Part shown: piece after piece, positions 38,215 to 51,830 of the stretch
Layout of the letters: each line of letters starts with the position of its first letter
How positions within the stretch are numbered: the stretch's first letter is position 1
NCBI GenBank assembly: GCA_013239625.1
Contig: MU056000.1
Location: 9,869,175-9,933,174 of the forward strand
DNA: 64,000 nt
Origin: Lama guanicoe
Taxonomy: Eukaryota
Direction of reading: 5' to 3'
Made by a program: the position numbers and the translations under genes
The notes under the pieces: model-generated
Seen by the model: the letters and a program-made list of their open reading frames with translations, nothing else
Told to the model about the DNA's origin: nothing
The model's database searches: none

Positions 38215-38360
38215 TATGACTACAGAGCACTCCATCCTAAAGCAACTTGGTCCCACCCATGGGGTTCACTGTACGTGCAGAGGTAACACCTATGACTATG
38301 GAGCACTCCATCCTAAAGCAACTTGGTCCCACCCATGGGGTTCACTGTACATACAGAGGT
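38215..38360 (+). repeat. Tandem duplication, 76-bp period, two copies
   Basis: 38215-38284 vs 38291-38360, 4 mismatches in 70 bp. Confidence 0.95.
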
Positions 38361-38459
38361 CTGCCATCCGGCCTGCTACCAATAGAAGCGACTCTTTAAA
38401 ACAGTCAATAGCAAAATTCTGAACTCAAATGGGAAGAAAAAATTATAAAATCTACATAG

Positions 38460-39170
38460 CGGTTGGGATGGCTACTGTCAATAAACCAAAAGACAGTAAA
38501 TGTTGGTGACGATGTGGAGAAACTGGAACTCCTGTGCACTGTCAGTGGGAATGTGAAATGGTGTGGCTGCTGGGAGAAACAGTGTGGCAGTTCCTCAAAA
38601 AATTAAAAGTAGAATTATTATATGATTCAACCATTCTGTGCCCAAAAGAACTGAAAGCAGGATGGTGAAGAGATATTTGTGCATCCATGTTCAAAGCAGC
38701 ACCATTTAGAGTAGCCAAAAGGTGGAAACAGCCCAGCTATTCACCAACTGATGGATAAATAAATGAAATGTAGGACATACACATGATGAAATATTATTCA
38801 GCCTCAAAACATTTTGACACACTGACACATGCTATAAAGTTGATGAACGTTGAAGACATCTTGAGAAGTGAATAAGACAGCAGCCGAAAAGCAAATACTG
38901 TATAATTACATGTATATGATGTATCTAAAGTAACCAAATTCATAGAGACAGAAAGTAGAATGGTGACTGACAGAGGCTGGAGAAAGCGGAGGATGGGGAG
39001 TTGTTGTTTAAAGGATACAGTTTCAGTTTTGCAAGATCAAAAGAGTTTTGTAGATTGGCTGCAGAATAATGTGAATGTACTTAACATTACTGAATGGTAC
39101 AATTAAGAAATGACTAAGGTGATAAATTTAATCTGCATTTTACGGCAATTTAAAATAAAAAATTTTTAAA
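38460..39170 (+). mobile_element. L1 (L1MB-like) 3' portion
   Basis: GATGTGGAGAAACTGGAAC...GTTCCTCAAAAAATTAAA...CATAGAGACAGAAAGTAGAATGGTG. Confidence 0.85.
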
Positions 39171-39912
39171 GAATAAAATTTAGCCTGAAAATTTAAGTGT
39201 AAAACAAAAGATCCCCTTCAACTTCTATCATGTTATAGATAAAACTATAATTCATAAATAAGAGCAAGTCACCCTGTTTGTTACATTTCCTTGATTATGG
39301 ATGCCACACAGATGAGTAGAATGTACTCATTAAGATTAACTTTCAAGCTAAGAATGTGATGAGGGAGGTGCTTCCATCACGGACGGTATGAAAGCTCCTG
39401 CCCCTCTAGGCCCTCAGGCTCAGTGAGCCTGAGCCAGGAAGATGTTTTTAAGCCTCCAAATTCCAACAGTCCTGGTCCTGAATAGGGCACAGAGTTGGAC
39501 TTGGGATTCCTATAGTGCAGAACCTTTATTCAGTTATTCCACCTGCGTTATCTCAAACCCAGATGTCTAAATTGGGACATAGGGTAGAGTTAAGCATTTC
39601 ACCTCTGGAATGATCTCCCCAAGACTGCACCAGCTATGTGAACTTGTCTCTTTCTATGCCTCCAATTTGGAGGGATAATATTATCTACTTCCTGGTGTTA
39701 TGAAAATTAAATGGGATAATAGATGAAAATCAGAACAGAGACTGACACATGGTAAATATCTAGTAAATGTTAGCTACAAGGAGGAAAAGGACATTTCCTC
39801 AACTCCTAATTGACTCACTCTATAGTTCAACCATTTTAGTGTTATCCACCCTTGATTGTTCTACTGACTCCAATTAACTCTCCCCAAGTGACACAGCAGG
39901 AAGGGACAAGGC

Positions 39913-40120
39913 CAGCAGAGGCCTGGAGTTGGCTCAGGCAGGCTCAGCCAGCCAATTGACACAACTCTTCCCAACTCAGTGTTTAGTGACGTCATGTTGG
40001 TAGTGTGGAATCAGCCACATTGGGAATATTACACCACAGACTCAGCAAATGCTCAAACGAGTGCCTCCCTCCACCCTCTTGCCCAAAGCCGACTGTTAAA
40101 CGTTTACAAGCCTATCACTG
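39913..40120 (+). mobile_element. hAT-Blackjack MITE, MER63A-like
   Basis: CTCTTCCCAACTC..AGTGACGTCATGTTGGTAG...AGCCGACTGTTAAACGTTTAC...CACTG. Confidence 0.75.
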
Positions 40121-40815
40121 AAAAGCACTGTCAACAACGTGGCACCTCTGCCAACAAAAACGGCTTCTTCCTTGCTTCCCTTTCTTTGTTTCTTTTTTAA
40201 CCCCTAACAAATTAAAAAAAATTTTTTGAGGAAACATTATAGACCCCCTGGAACGACTTTCTCAGTGCCCAAGAAACTATATCTTCTCCTGTTTGGTCTT
40301 CCCCACCCAAGGTCAAATCACCAACCAAATCACATCCCAGGCTTTTGGAGGGAAATCGTGGCAGAAAATGCAAGTCAAGTTCAGGAACAGAAGAAACAAG
40401 ATTCAGCTGCCAAATCAAAGTCAAAGCCAGAAAACTACAGCACAATTCAATCTCCTGGGTTAGAACAGGATAAACTCAAAAAGAGATAAATAAGCAGCTA
40501 AGAAGAGATTCGGTTCTCAAACCTTCAGGGTCCAAAATGGCGCCTGAGCCCAGCTCCACTGGGTGTAGAGAGATGCAGACATCGCCATCAGAAAAAGGGA
40601 ACTCAAATAACAATTTTACGTCCCTCATTCAACATGGAGAGTTGGAGATCCCTAAGCTCACTCTGCCACCACCTGTACTAAGTCAGGACGGAGTCCCGTC
40701 CATACTGAAACAGACACCCTCCTCTAAGACCCAGCACAGATCCTGCCACAGGACAGTGCCGTAGACCCTGTGTGCCCTCTACCACCAAGTGAGCGAGAGC
40801 TCAAATGGACCGCAC

Positions 40816-40950
40816 CTGAGTCCCCTCAAGAAGGGCGTCCTCCACTTCAGCTTTGTTCAGGTCCACGCAGGAAGCCACAATCCCAAATATGTAGTCATGT
40901 CGACCATCCAAACGAGCCCGCTTGGCTTCCTTCTCCTCCTTCAGTCTTTG
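40816..40950 (-). CDS. DNAH5: DNAH5 exon 2 (135 nt, [45 protein letters not shown])
   Basis: ttcttgtag| acceptor, CAG|GTGCGG donor, in frame with exons 1 and 3. Confidence 0.95.
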
Positions 40951-42539
40951 CTACAAGAAAGGAAGAAACATGCTGTTCTCAAATGGATTCATTTTGTAAT
41001 CATTTCATACTATTGTTGCTTTTTCAAGTCTTGGGTATTCAGAAAACAGCTTAATGGTACCAGTGTTTATGTACTATCTTCTATTTTAAGAAATGACGTT
41101 ATTTCTATTACGAAAGTAAGATGTGCTCAATTGTTTTGAAATTTTATAACACAGGGAAGCCAAAAGAAAAATAAAAATCATCTACCAGCCAGACAGAATT
41201 ACTATTAATATTTTGTTCTAAATCTTTACAGACTTGTTTTTATGCATACGTAAGTATTCAACAAACACCAAAAAATATTTCCATTTTTGTAAACATTCGC
41301 TAGACCACCAAAGTAATACATATTCTTCTACATTCTCTCCTATGTTTATTGTTTGCCTACAGGTTCATATCTGGTCTTGAAATTGATTTCTGAATCCCAT
41401 TGCTTACTTTTAACCTGTTGACTACTAATTACAATAATAAAGCAATTCAGTGTAACCAAGGTTGGCAGCTTGAAGCAAATCAGTCCATATGCACTCTGCT
41501 CACACGATCAACTGCAAACGTATATACACATTTCTGTTTATATTTTGCTATAAAATGTTTTCATGCATTTTCCCCGTGGACCCCAGGTCCACATTCCCAG
41601 GCCCTGGGAATGCCGCCACAATCCACCTGCCTGGCCTTCCCGCCTCCAAGCTGGCATCACGCCAGACCCTCTTCTACATTGTTGGCAGAATGACTGATTT
41701 TTTTGATGCAGCACAGACAACATCTCTCCTGATTTGGAACTCTTCAGTGACTCTCCATGGACTTCAGATAATGTTTATACTTTCTAACGAGGCCCATAAG
41801 ATATTTTATGATCTGATTTCTTTCTCATTTCCTATTATGCCTTTCTAGTTCTTTTTAGTTCGGCCATCCTGGCTGCCTGTGGTTACTAGAAATGCCATGC
41901 TTTCTTTTTTCTCTTGGCCTTTGCATGTGCAGAAATGCCACTACCCCAGGGAGTGTGCCCAGTTCTCCCTCAGCTCTAGGCTCAAGCCACCTCTTCCTGA
42001 AAGTTTTCCTGGATGTCTACCCCTCCTCAGTCCTGTGCTAAAGGGGAATCCTCCCTTTTGCTTCTTCTCTGAAGCCGTATTAATGCCCCTGCATAAATCT
42101 GATGCCCCTGTAGCAACCATAATGCCATCCTGTCACAGTCCCATTTTCTGTTCACATTCTGCCAACTCGGCTGTGAGTTTTTTTTGAGGTCATTTGGTAG
42201 TGTTTACCTCTATAGTGCTCTGCATATTTGGGGTTTAATAGCTGTTCGTTAAGTATAAGATGGGATCCAGAGGGACTACCTTTCCTCTTCCCAGCAGGAG
42301 CTACTGGTTAGCATTAAAGATAATGCACTTAATTCAAAAAATGAATTGAAAGTTGAACATCCACCAAGGGTAATATGGTTGAATAATTAAGGCACATCCA
42401 TATTGTTGAATATTCTGCAGCTGTTACACAAGTTGCAATAGTCTGTATTAAACTAAAAAGAAGTCTGTGAAGTATTATAAAGGGAAAAATACCCAAAAAA
42501 ATAGACATTATGGGCTAGATCTTACTTGTAATTGCGTTT

Positions 42540-43145
42540 ACAGGATGGCAGGAGCACCCCTCACCTCTTCTACAATGTGACTGTGCCACCAACCTACCAA
42601 GAGATAGACTCTATTTTCCCTCCTCTTGAATTTAACTGGCCCTGGGACCAGTTTTTACCCAAAGAATGTGGGAAGAAGTGAGACTGTAAAACTTCCTAGG
42701 CTAGTCCTTAAGAGACCTCCAGCTTCTGCCTTTGCAGTTGGGAATTCTCCCTAGGAACCCAGCCACCACACTATGAGAAGTCCAAACCACAGGGGGAGAC
42801 CACATGGGGAAAAAAATCAAGGCATCCTGGCCACCAGCCCCAATTGATCTCCTAGCTGACACTCCAGCACCAACTTGCAAACTATCTTAGACATTCCAAC
42901 CTAACAAGCCTACAGATGACTGCAACCCAGCCAATGCCACGTGAAACAGAAGAAACACCCAGCTGAGCCCAGCCACTCACGGACTCAAGAGAGATAACAG
43001 ATAACTGTTAATAGATAACTGAAAGCTAAACAAATAGATAATAGATATTATAAAGCTGATAATAGATATTATAAAGCTGATAATAGATAATTAAGCTGTT
43101 AAGTTCTGGTACAGTTTGTTACGGAGCAGTAGATAACAGAGTGAC
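42540..43145 (+). mobile_element. MaLR LTR (MLT1-family) with internal 21-bp tandem repeat at 43037-43089
   Basis: CTATTTTCCCTCCTCTTGAAT...CCCAGCTGAGCCCAGCC...TTTGTTACGGAGCAGTAGATAAC. Confidence 0.75.
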
Positions 43146-46100
43146 ACTTGTTAGAATAATTTCATTGGTTGGACAGAAAGAGAATGGATATAGACTTGAG
43201 AAAAGAATGATTGGGAAAAAAGAAACATAAAGACAACTGCATATAAACTATTCTTTCCAGAAACTTGACTCTAAAGGACAGAGATGTGGTACTAGTAGAC
43301 AGAGGGGAATTTAGAGTCAATGAGAATTTTTTCAAGATACAAAAGATTTAAGACAGAGTAAAGAGGAAAAAGTTTTCAGAGTGACTGAAAGGCCATTGCT
43401 AGACCTATGCTATTTGTATTTGTTTTTCCAAGCCTGAAGGGACTTCCTGAGGGAAGAATTTAAAGGGGAGGTGCAGGGAGACGTTAAGATTTTTTAAAAA
43501 ATAAACAATCTACCTATTTTCTTGCCATCTCCTTAAAAAGGAACTAACACAGGTCCTAATACAAAGTATATGTCCCATAAATATCAAATAAAAGTAAATT
43601 TAAACCTCTTTTCAAATGTACTAAAACCAGGAAAATGTCCTATTCTTTGAATATTGTCCACATTGTTGGCAGGGAGGAATAAGATGCTTTTCTCAAAGTG
43701 ATCTTTCTGAGTTTGTACTAAATGTCTTCAGCAGCTTGAAGACACAGCAGGTTACCAGGGGAGTCAAGAATGCAGCAACACATCAGCAAGATGGCAAACG
43801 CTGGGTAGCCAAAAAGAAATTCAAAAACCAGAGTACCAGAAAGTCAGGATGTAAACCAACTAAGGTTTCCAAAGGATATAGAAACTTCTCTAAAATTCTG
43901 CCATGGCAACACAGTATTCTGTCCTGACTTTATAAGATTCCAAAGGAAAAAACTATATATTCATAGTGAAGGAGAGGAGAGGTTGGCCTTTAAAATAGAA
44001 AACTAATCATTTTATTTTTACTTAAATATAACAGGGGGAAAAAAAAGTCCAAAGCAATTTTATATATACAAAGCAAATTATCAAGGTGTCTTTAAAGTAA
44101 GTATTTTCAGAGCTCTATTTAAAAGCATGTTAATCATCAAATACGTTCTTACAGAAACTGATTATTCCATCTCCTAATGATGTGTAACATGAAGGAAAGC
44201 CCATTCCATGTGGAAGACCACAGTGTTTATAATCTCAACTTTCACTGCCCGATACTAAGGTATCCTGGAACAATGAGGGACTTTTTTTTTACTACCACAA
44301 AAAGTCAATAATGTTAAACAAATATTTAGTGATCAGATCAGTACATTGTCAGTCTCTAAACTTAAACCTGCAGCTTGCTGGCTGCCAGGGAACTACAGCA
44401 ACAAACAGTCAGATGACCAGTTGGCAGTGGTGTGCCCTCTTGGCCTGGGAAACATCTAAGACACTTGGAGAGCAGTGTGGAATGACGAAGGCAAGAGGCC
44501 AATTATGGGATTTTTTTTTTTTAAGAATCACATTAAAATTATTTTGTGTTGCATGAACAAGCACTAACCCGGGGGTGGGGGGGGCAGGGAATGGCCAAAA
44601 TTCTATTCAACGTCCAAGGAAATCTCGAACAACATTTAAAACATTTCTGCACTTTGGTGACAAGGGATATTACTGCTACCTTGGAATGAAAGACGGACTA
44701 ATGTGCTACCTCACAAGACACAAGTGCTCCTTTCAAGGCGAAGCAATGTCACGTACACAGACAAGCCCTGGTGTAAGAATGGGGTCCAGTCAAAGCGCTG
44801 CCACTAACTGCAAGACCTTGCAGCTGTCATTGAACTTCTCCAGGCTCCGGTTTCTGCAAACTCAAAATCAAAGTGTTGGACTAGGTGACAGCTAGGCTCT
44901 GTCTCTTCTCTAGCATTTGGTCTCCTTCTCGTTGGTTCAAAAGTTAATACGAAAAAAAAAAAGAAATTAAAAGAATTGATGCAGATAATACAAGAGAAAA
45001 CACTGAAACAAGTCAACAATACACTAAATTAAATCACTGAAACTGATATCTGATTGTGGAAAGAACAAGGGAAAAAAACTTTGACAAGTGTAATTATGAA
45101 AAAAAGAGCAAACACACAAATGATCAGAATAAGAAAGTGGACAGTGGATATTTAAAAGTTTATAAGAGGAATTCTAAATGTAGGAATTTATATCCTACAT
45201 TTAAACTCTAGAAAATGAATGGTTATCAACATTAACACAAGAAGTAAGAGAAAATTTGAATAAAAAATAGCAATATAAGAATCTGGAAAGAAAAAGTTAA
45301 TACAGACAAGAGACCTGAGATTTTAAAACACAAATCCAAAGACCCAGTGCCATGTACCTTCATAATAAAGCTCTGTGACTTCTCAAGACAAACCCATCCA
45401 TCCAATTGTTTTCAATATGCTAACCTTTGCCTTTAAACCTGTAGAATCAAACCCAGGCCTACATGTTTGTGCACATAAACTGTCCATCAACTACACACAA
45501 TCATTTTAGCTCCAGGTTGACAATCTCCAGCTCCATGAAAGACCTTAACATCATCTACAAAACAGAGACAGAAGTCCAAACTTGAAAGGTATTTGTGAAG
45601 ATTAAATTAGGTGCATTCTTGGGATAACACTAAGGTGATCAGCATGTGAATAAACATGGCGTGACCAAGACTTTGACCCTGGACATCAAAACTCAAGTGA
45701 CAAAACAAAACTTCTGAATCATGATTTTTTAATTGTACAAATGTTTAAACTCTCTCCATCCTTAGAAAGCCTGCCCTGTTGGCAGAATTGTCTGAGATCC
45801 AGGCCCACCCCATTGATGTCATTGGCCACCACAAGTGGATGGAGGATTAAGCTGTCAGGTCTAAGAGCCCCTTTGTGGCTGAGCAGGGACACCCTTGTCC
45901 CCAACCCTCCTGAAGGCATCAGGGTACAAAAGCCCTATGAAGCAGACATTACTATTTCCACACAAGGAAATCGAGACTAGAGACCATTAACAGTTTTCCC
46001 AAGAGTGCCCTGGTAAGTGGCAACACTGGGTTTCAGGCCCTAGTATGTCTGTAGAGTCGGGCCAAGACATGGGGTGTCCTTGGCAACTAAGAATTTTGCA

Positions 46101-46782
46101 TCCATTCAAACTGATATTCCACAAACATCCTATCTGTAAATTTCTACTCGAGGATTATGTAGGGCACTCTTGGGAGGAGACCCTGTATACACTGCATGCG
46201 TTATAGAAGGAGTTGTGGGTGGAGACTGGAGTTAACTGGCACCACTTTCTGAGCTACACTTGTAGTATTTCAGTGCCAGGATGGACTGGTGCCCAGCCAC
46301 TTCTAGCAGGCACGCCCTGTGTCCAGCTCGCCCACCACACTCCTATGTCTCAGCAAATGCTAACTCTCCACCCCATCCTCACCTCCTAACGTGCTTAGGA
46401 CTCAGGCTCCTGGCCTGGGCACCTGGTAGGCTGGGTTCCATGCTTTTCCCAACTGGTTACTAGTCAACTTCACTTTTATCTACATCATACTATTCACCCC
46501 AAGTCCTAATACGATGCCTTTGCACAGCAAAGAATGTGGGGCAAGGAATAGGTTCTCCAGCCAAAAAAAAAATTTTTTTCTTTGTTTAAAAAAAAAAAGT
46601 TTCTCTAGGTAGCATGATCAGCCTCGTTGCAGGTCTGAATCTGAGAAAGAAAGAGACCTGTTTTAATGTGGTCTGTTGCATCTTTTTGGAAGAATTTATT
46701 TCCTTTTTTTTTTATTTGGGTGCTTTGTTCTCTATGTATATGTACGCTCCCAGCAATGTAACAAACACAGTGGAGAAGAAGA

Positions 46783-46817
46783 CAGTATAACAGTATAACA
46801 GTATAACAGTAAAACAG
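46783..46817 (+). repeat. (CAGTATAA)n short tandem repeat, about 4 copies
   Basis: cagtataacagtataacagtataacagtaaaacag. Confidence 0.9.
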
Positions 46818-48669
46818 GTTTAAATCACCCCTGGAGATCATTGTAAATAATGTGGAGTCCAAGAATAACAGTTGAAACTCCTTATCTTAAATCACCAAAC
46901 ACTTCTGAGACCGATTTCACTTTGGATCTCCATATCAATCTCAAGCCCACAGATAATTAATTTCTGGATGAAACAGTGCTAAAGAGGCCACGGAGATAGG
47001 TTTCATCACCTGAAGCCAGTTTCCATTCTCCCCCACTCTGGATGAATCAGGGCAAATCCATGAGCAGAAGCAAAAATTACCCAAAGTGTATGCCTGGCTA
47101 AAGTGCCTGGGTATTGGGAAAATACGGGGTTTCTTTTCCTTTTTTTTGAAGGATATCCAAATGGCCCAGGCTGGTTTAGCTCACTTGTCTGCCATCTAGA
47201 TAACCTGATCCTTCCTATCTCCTGAGGAGTCAAATAAAATCGGTATCAGCGGACTCTCATCATTCCTACAAGACCATTAGCTCCACAGGGAGGGATGGTT
47301 TCTATGTTGATTTGTGAAATATCCCCAGTGCCCAGAACAGTGCCTGGCACTTCAGTAAAGCCTCCATTGATACCTAATCAGGGGATGATGAACCACGTTT
47401 ATCACTTACAACTCATTCACAAGTAATTAAGGGATGGAGCAAATTATCCCAGCTCGATGCGAGTCTGTGACTGCAGGTGCAGAATTCCCTCAATGAGCTC
47501 CTACGTCTTCCATTCTGTTATGATTCGAGCACAAACCACTGCACGAAATTCCATTAGTATGGATTACAGCTCTCCCTCAACTCACAGCAAATAAAACTAA
47601 CCTCACTTAGCCTACCTCCCATTCAAATGTGCTGAATTACAGAAACCGAGGGGCGCAGTTCTCCTACTCTTTTCAACAAACGAGAGAGTCCTCTCTACAG
47701 AGTTAACCCAATTTCCATGTCTGCCAACAAAGAAAAGCCTCCCTTTCTGTCTTCCAGCATTTTCACTCTAACCCACAGGGCCCCATTTCCTCTCTGGGAG
47801 ACGCCGCTCTGGGATGCTTCCTGGACCACCCAAACCAGCTCATTAATTGGCTGGAAGAACCACAATTCAGCAACTCTTTACTCTTCACTGTACTTTTCGC
47901 GTCTCAGATTTTCTTCCTCCCCTTTTATTTCATTTCTGCAGGTGAAGGGCCACGGCTGCAGCGGAAGCACTGTACCTCCTTCCCACGTTAAGAGCACTTG
48001 AGCGAAGTGGTTCCTGGAAGCGAAAGACACTTCACGCTGGCTAATCCACTCACAGCAGGTGCTGCAGTGAAGCCCCCCTTTACTGAACAGGAGCCACACT
48101 CCCCCTCCATCACAAAGAGCTGGCACTTAAACGGAGCCCAGTCCCATCAATCTTCTTACGTCCTGAGAGTAAGCTCTGGAATCTTGTCTATTTTTGCTGG
48201 AGTTTTCAGGTCCCCCAATCTCCCCGTTTACCAACTCCAATATCTGTCATTCTTTCCAAACAAATAAAGCACCCCTCTTTACCTGTCACTACATGTGGAC
48301 TTCTCACCCAAGCCAACCCAAAACCTGCTACAGAGGTATCACCATCATCACAGCTGCCCCGCTACCCCGCCAACATCCCATCATCCAAACAGTAACTTAG
48401 AGTCCATTCTCTCCGCACCGAATTTCTGGACCCGATGGAGACTTACTGGGCCTTCACATGGCCATATATTCTACCATCCCCCAACTCTACAGTGGCTTTA
48501 CTCCAAAATCAGGATATACCTCCCTTGGAGAATCCCAAGAGCCCCTTCTGGCAGCAAGTGTCGTATCATTCAAGTGGTTTTCACCCATACGTTAAAATAT
48601 ACATACAGTGTCATCATTCACATTATATACGGCCCAGGGGTGAAGTTCCAAAACCTCCCTTATTCGTCA

Positions 48670-48830
48670 CAATGAGCCAGAGTGCTTAAAGCTAACTGCT
48701 TATTAGAATCACCTGGGAGCTTTAAAATGCTGATTCCTTTGCCTCCTACCCCCAAGAAACTCTGACTCCTCTGGTCGGGAGTGCAGCCCTGGCATTGGTA
48801 TTTCTCAAAATTTCCGCCGGCAGTTACAGC
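48670..48830. mobile_element. MER5A-like hAT-Charlie MITE
   Basis: TTAGAATCACCTGGGAGCTTTAAAA...GCCCTGGCATTGGTATTT. Confidence 0.7.
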
Positions 48831-50637
48831 GGCAGCCTCCCCGGAGAACTCTGCTCCAACGGAATGCATTTTATTAATTGTTCATGATGGACAAGTACCA
48901 CCAGGCTCTCACACAAGGCAGGAACTTAGAAAGTCCAAGGGCATAACTCCAGGATCCTGTAACTCTAGACCTTTTTTTTCTCGTTACTAGAGTTGTGTGA
49001 AAATTGATAGGAAGAACAAGTTTCAGCTCAACCCCATGAGGCATGGAAGTGCTCCTCCCTGCCACATGACGGAGCACAGCGCCTGGCACCAAGTAGGCGT
49101 CCAGCAGGTGCTTGTGGACCTTGCATCTGGACCCACCTTCTCCTGGGGTCCGGCTACAGCGTAACTACAGTGTGCCTATGTTGGGCATTAACTTGTTCAG
49201 GCTCAGGAGTGCTCAGCCCAGGCATTAACAAGCAGGCTACATCCTACAGCCATTCACCTCCTGATGCTCAAGGAAACTGTTCTGACCTGTACATGTGAAT
49301 TGTGTTCACCGGGCCAAACATGCCGAGGCCTGATTAACAGAGGATACTGAAACCGGTTTGGCTATTTTGCCAAAGAATAACAACACTGACATCCTTTCAG
49401 TTTTCAAAAGATATCTGAGAGCAAAGGTTCTTTTCTGTCTTGCTTCCACTGCGTCCTCCCAGGGGAACCTTGGCCGCTCCCTGCAGAGATTCTCAGTAGG
49501 GGAAGGCGCTGCCCTGTCTCCCCCACAGTCCCTACCCCACTCCCACCCCCACCCGCGATAATCACTGTTTGCAGAAACCTAGCAATCTGAAATGCGATGA
49601 GCAGCAGTACTCCCTGGCATCAACACATGAGTGCTGAACAATATATATTCCAGCAGTGGGAGAAAACAGGTCTCCATTTCAAAACTAGCTTTGCAATTAG
49701 GTGAATTTTAGGTCAAGAGGACAGTCATCAGTCTCTCACATGTTTTGGTTTTTTTTTTTTTCTGAAGGTCAGCAAAGTCAACCAGCAAAATTATACATTT
49801 CAGTTTAATCTTAGGGAAGGAAAGAGAAACAGAATCTATAGGTCTGGAATTCATGTCCATTGTATACTTGCACTGGAAGTTGGTACTGAGCATTCTTCAT
49901 CTATGAGAAAAGCAGAAAGAAGACAAACATCACATCTGAGCCATATTTTTATAAGTGAGTAAGTGAATATATATAGAACGATTTCCAGTTTCTTCACTGA
50001 AAAGCATTTGTGTCTATTATGTAACAACAAGGAAGTATGGCTTGACTTTTCTAAACCCACAGAGTCTCTGGTTTATTTGGCTGTTATTTATTTGCATGTG
50101 AACCCTGAATAAAGTCAAATATTATATTACAATAACCTAATTATAAAGTAGCATCATTCCAGCAACAGTCTCAGACTACGGGTAAAAAGAGAGAGATTTA
50201 CAGTTTGCATGTTAATTTTGAAATCATTGTCATTGATTATTTTAGGTCACAAAGTCATAATTTAATAAAGTGTCATATCAGTCCACTAGATAGAAAATGT
50301 GCAATTATTCACATAATACACTGCAACATTATTAAGGTAATTCTGTTAATATCATACTTCAGTGGGGTGAACAGAACCAGCATCTGAAATATATAAATGA
50401 AACTTCCACAAAACTTAACATACTCCCAGAAGGCAGCTCGTGCCAAGAAGGAATCTAATTCATTTATTATACTCAAAATGTTACCATTGATTTTAATTTT
50501 TTAGACTTGGTAGTAAAGTATAGAAAAGTGAAGAAAAGAACAGAAAAAATGCGAAAGTCTTAATTCATTCAATTTATTGCACAAGCATAAATTGAGGTGT
50601 ATTAGTACCCAGCTCTGTGTTAAGGGAAGGCTGTTTG

Positions 50638-50806
50638 AAATAAACAACACGGTCCTACTGTACAGCACAAGGAAATATATTCAATAGCTTGTAGTAATCC
50701 ATAATGAAAAAATATGAAAATACACATGTATAATTGAATCACTATGCTGTACACCAGAAACTAGGACAACACTGTAAATCAACTAGACTTCAATGAAAAA
50801 AAAAAA
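50638..50806 (+). mobile_element. L1 3' terminal fragment
   Basis: GGTCCTACTGTACAGCACAAGGAAATATATTCAATA...GCTGTACACCAGAAAC...poly-A. Confidence 0.8.
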
Positions 50807-51830
50807 GAAGGAACACCATCCCTGTCCTCCAGGAACTCACAAGGAAACACCTGTCATCTCACTGCAGTGATGTGACGAGGGATCTAGCAGCCAGAGAAGC
50901 GAAGCACTGAGAGGACCCAGGGAAGGGAGCCCTCGCCCCCTTCTCAAACTGTCAGGGAGGCTTCTCAGAGGAAGTGACACTGCATTTGGTCTTAAAAAAT
51001 GAGTAAGTATTTGCAAGCAAACCAGTTCATTTGGCTGGAAGATGATGACCTTGGGAAGGATGCATGAGAATCCTGGGGCTGCGGGAAGTGGAGGGTGGCT
51101 GGTGTTGGAAAGCTTAGGAATGGCAGAGACAGCATTCCTGTGTTTTGTGGTGGAAGAGTAAGTTGCTGGGGACAAATGAAAGATACAGTGATGAAGCCCT
51201 GAGGAAGCATGCGTCAGCGCTGAGAACCTGGAGAGCCTCCATTTTCTTCAGACGTTAATTAGCAGTGGAAGAGGTTCCAAACCCCTCTTTATACATTTGC
51301 ATAATAAAAAGCTGCTGAGTTGAGTCCTAGGCAGGGGAAGCTCATTCTTCAGTGAGACTCCAAAGACACATCCTTGCATCCCACGGTCTGTGAGATTTCC
51401 AGGCCTACAGAAGGCAGTGGGATGGCCGGTGGGGCGGGGTGGGAGGAGGGAAGGTCATTTCAAAGAACCTAGAAAACCTGCAGCCCTAACCACCTCTCAT
51501 CACCAACAGAAGCTTACAGGTCTGGGAGAATGCAGTCACCAAAGCACCCTGAAGGGGTTTTGTCCATCAGGCGAGCATCATCCCAAAAGATGCAGCCTGT
51601 ATTTCTACAAGTATTTACAGTTTAGGTGGAATGTGCAGGAAAGCCTAAAGATGTAGTACCCTTTTTTTTTTCATTTGAAATATCAACATGTAGCCTTGCA
51701 CATGATCCAAAAATTAGTAGACTAACATGTTTCTCACAAATTCATCAGAATATAACTTTGAACCTTTTGCAGGAATTTTGGCCCCCAGGCGTGATAATCC
51801 AAGACACACAAAAACGCAAGCTTTCCTTAC

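Noticed and set aside
38215..38360. CRISPR-like repeat
   Set aside because: Only two 70-bp copies separated by 6 nt; a simple tandem duplication
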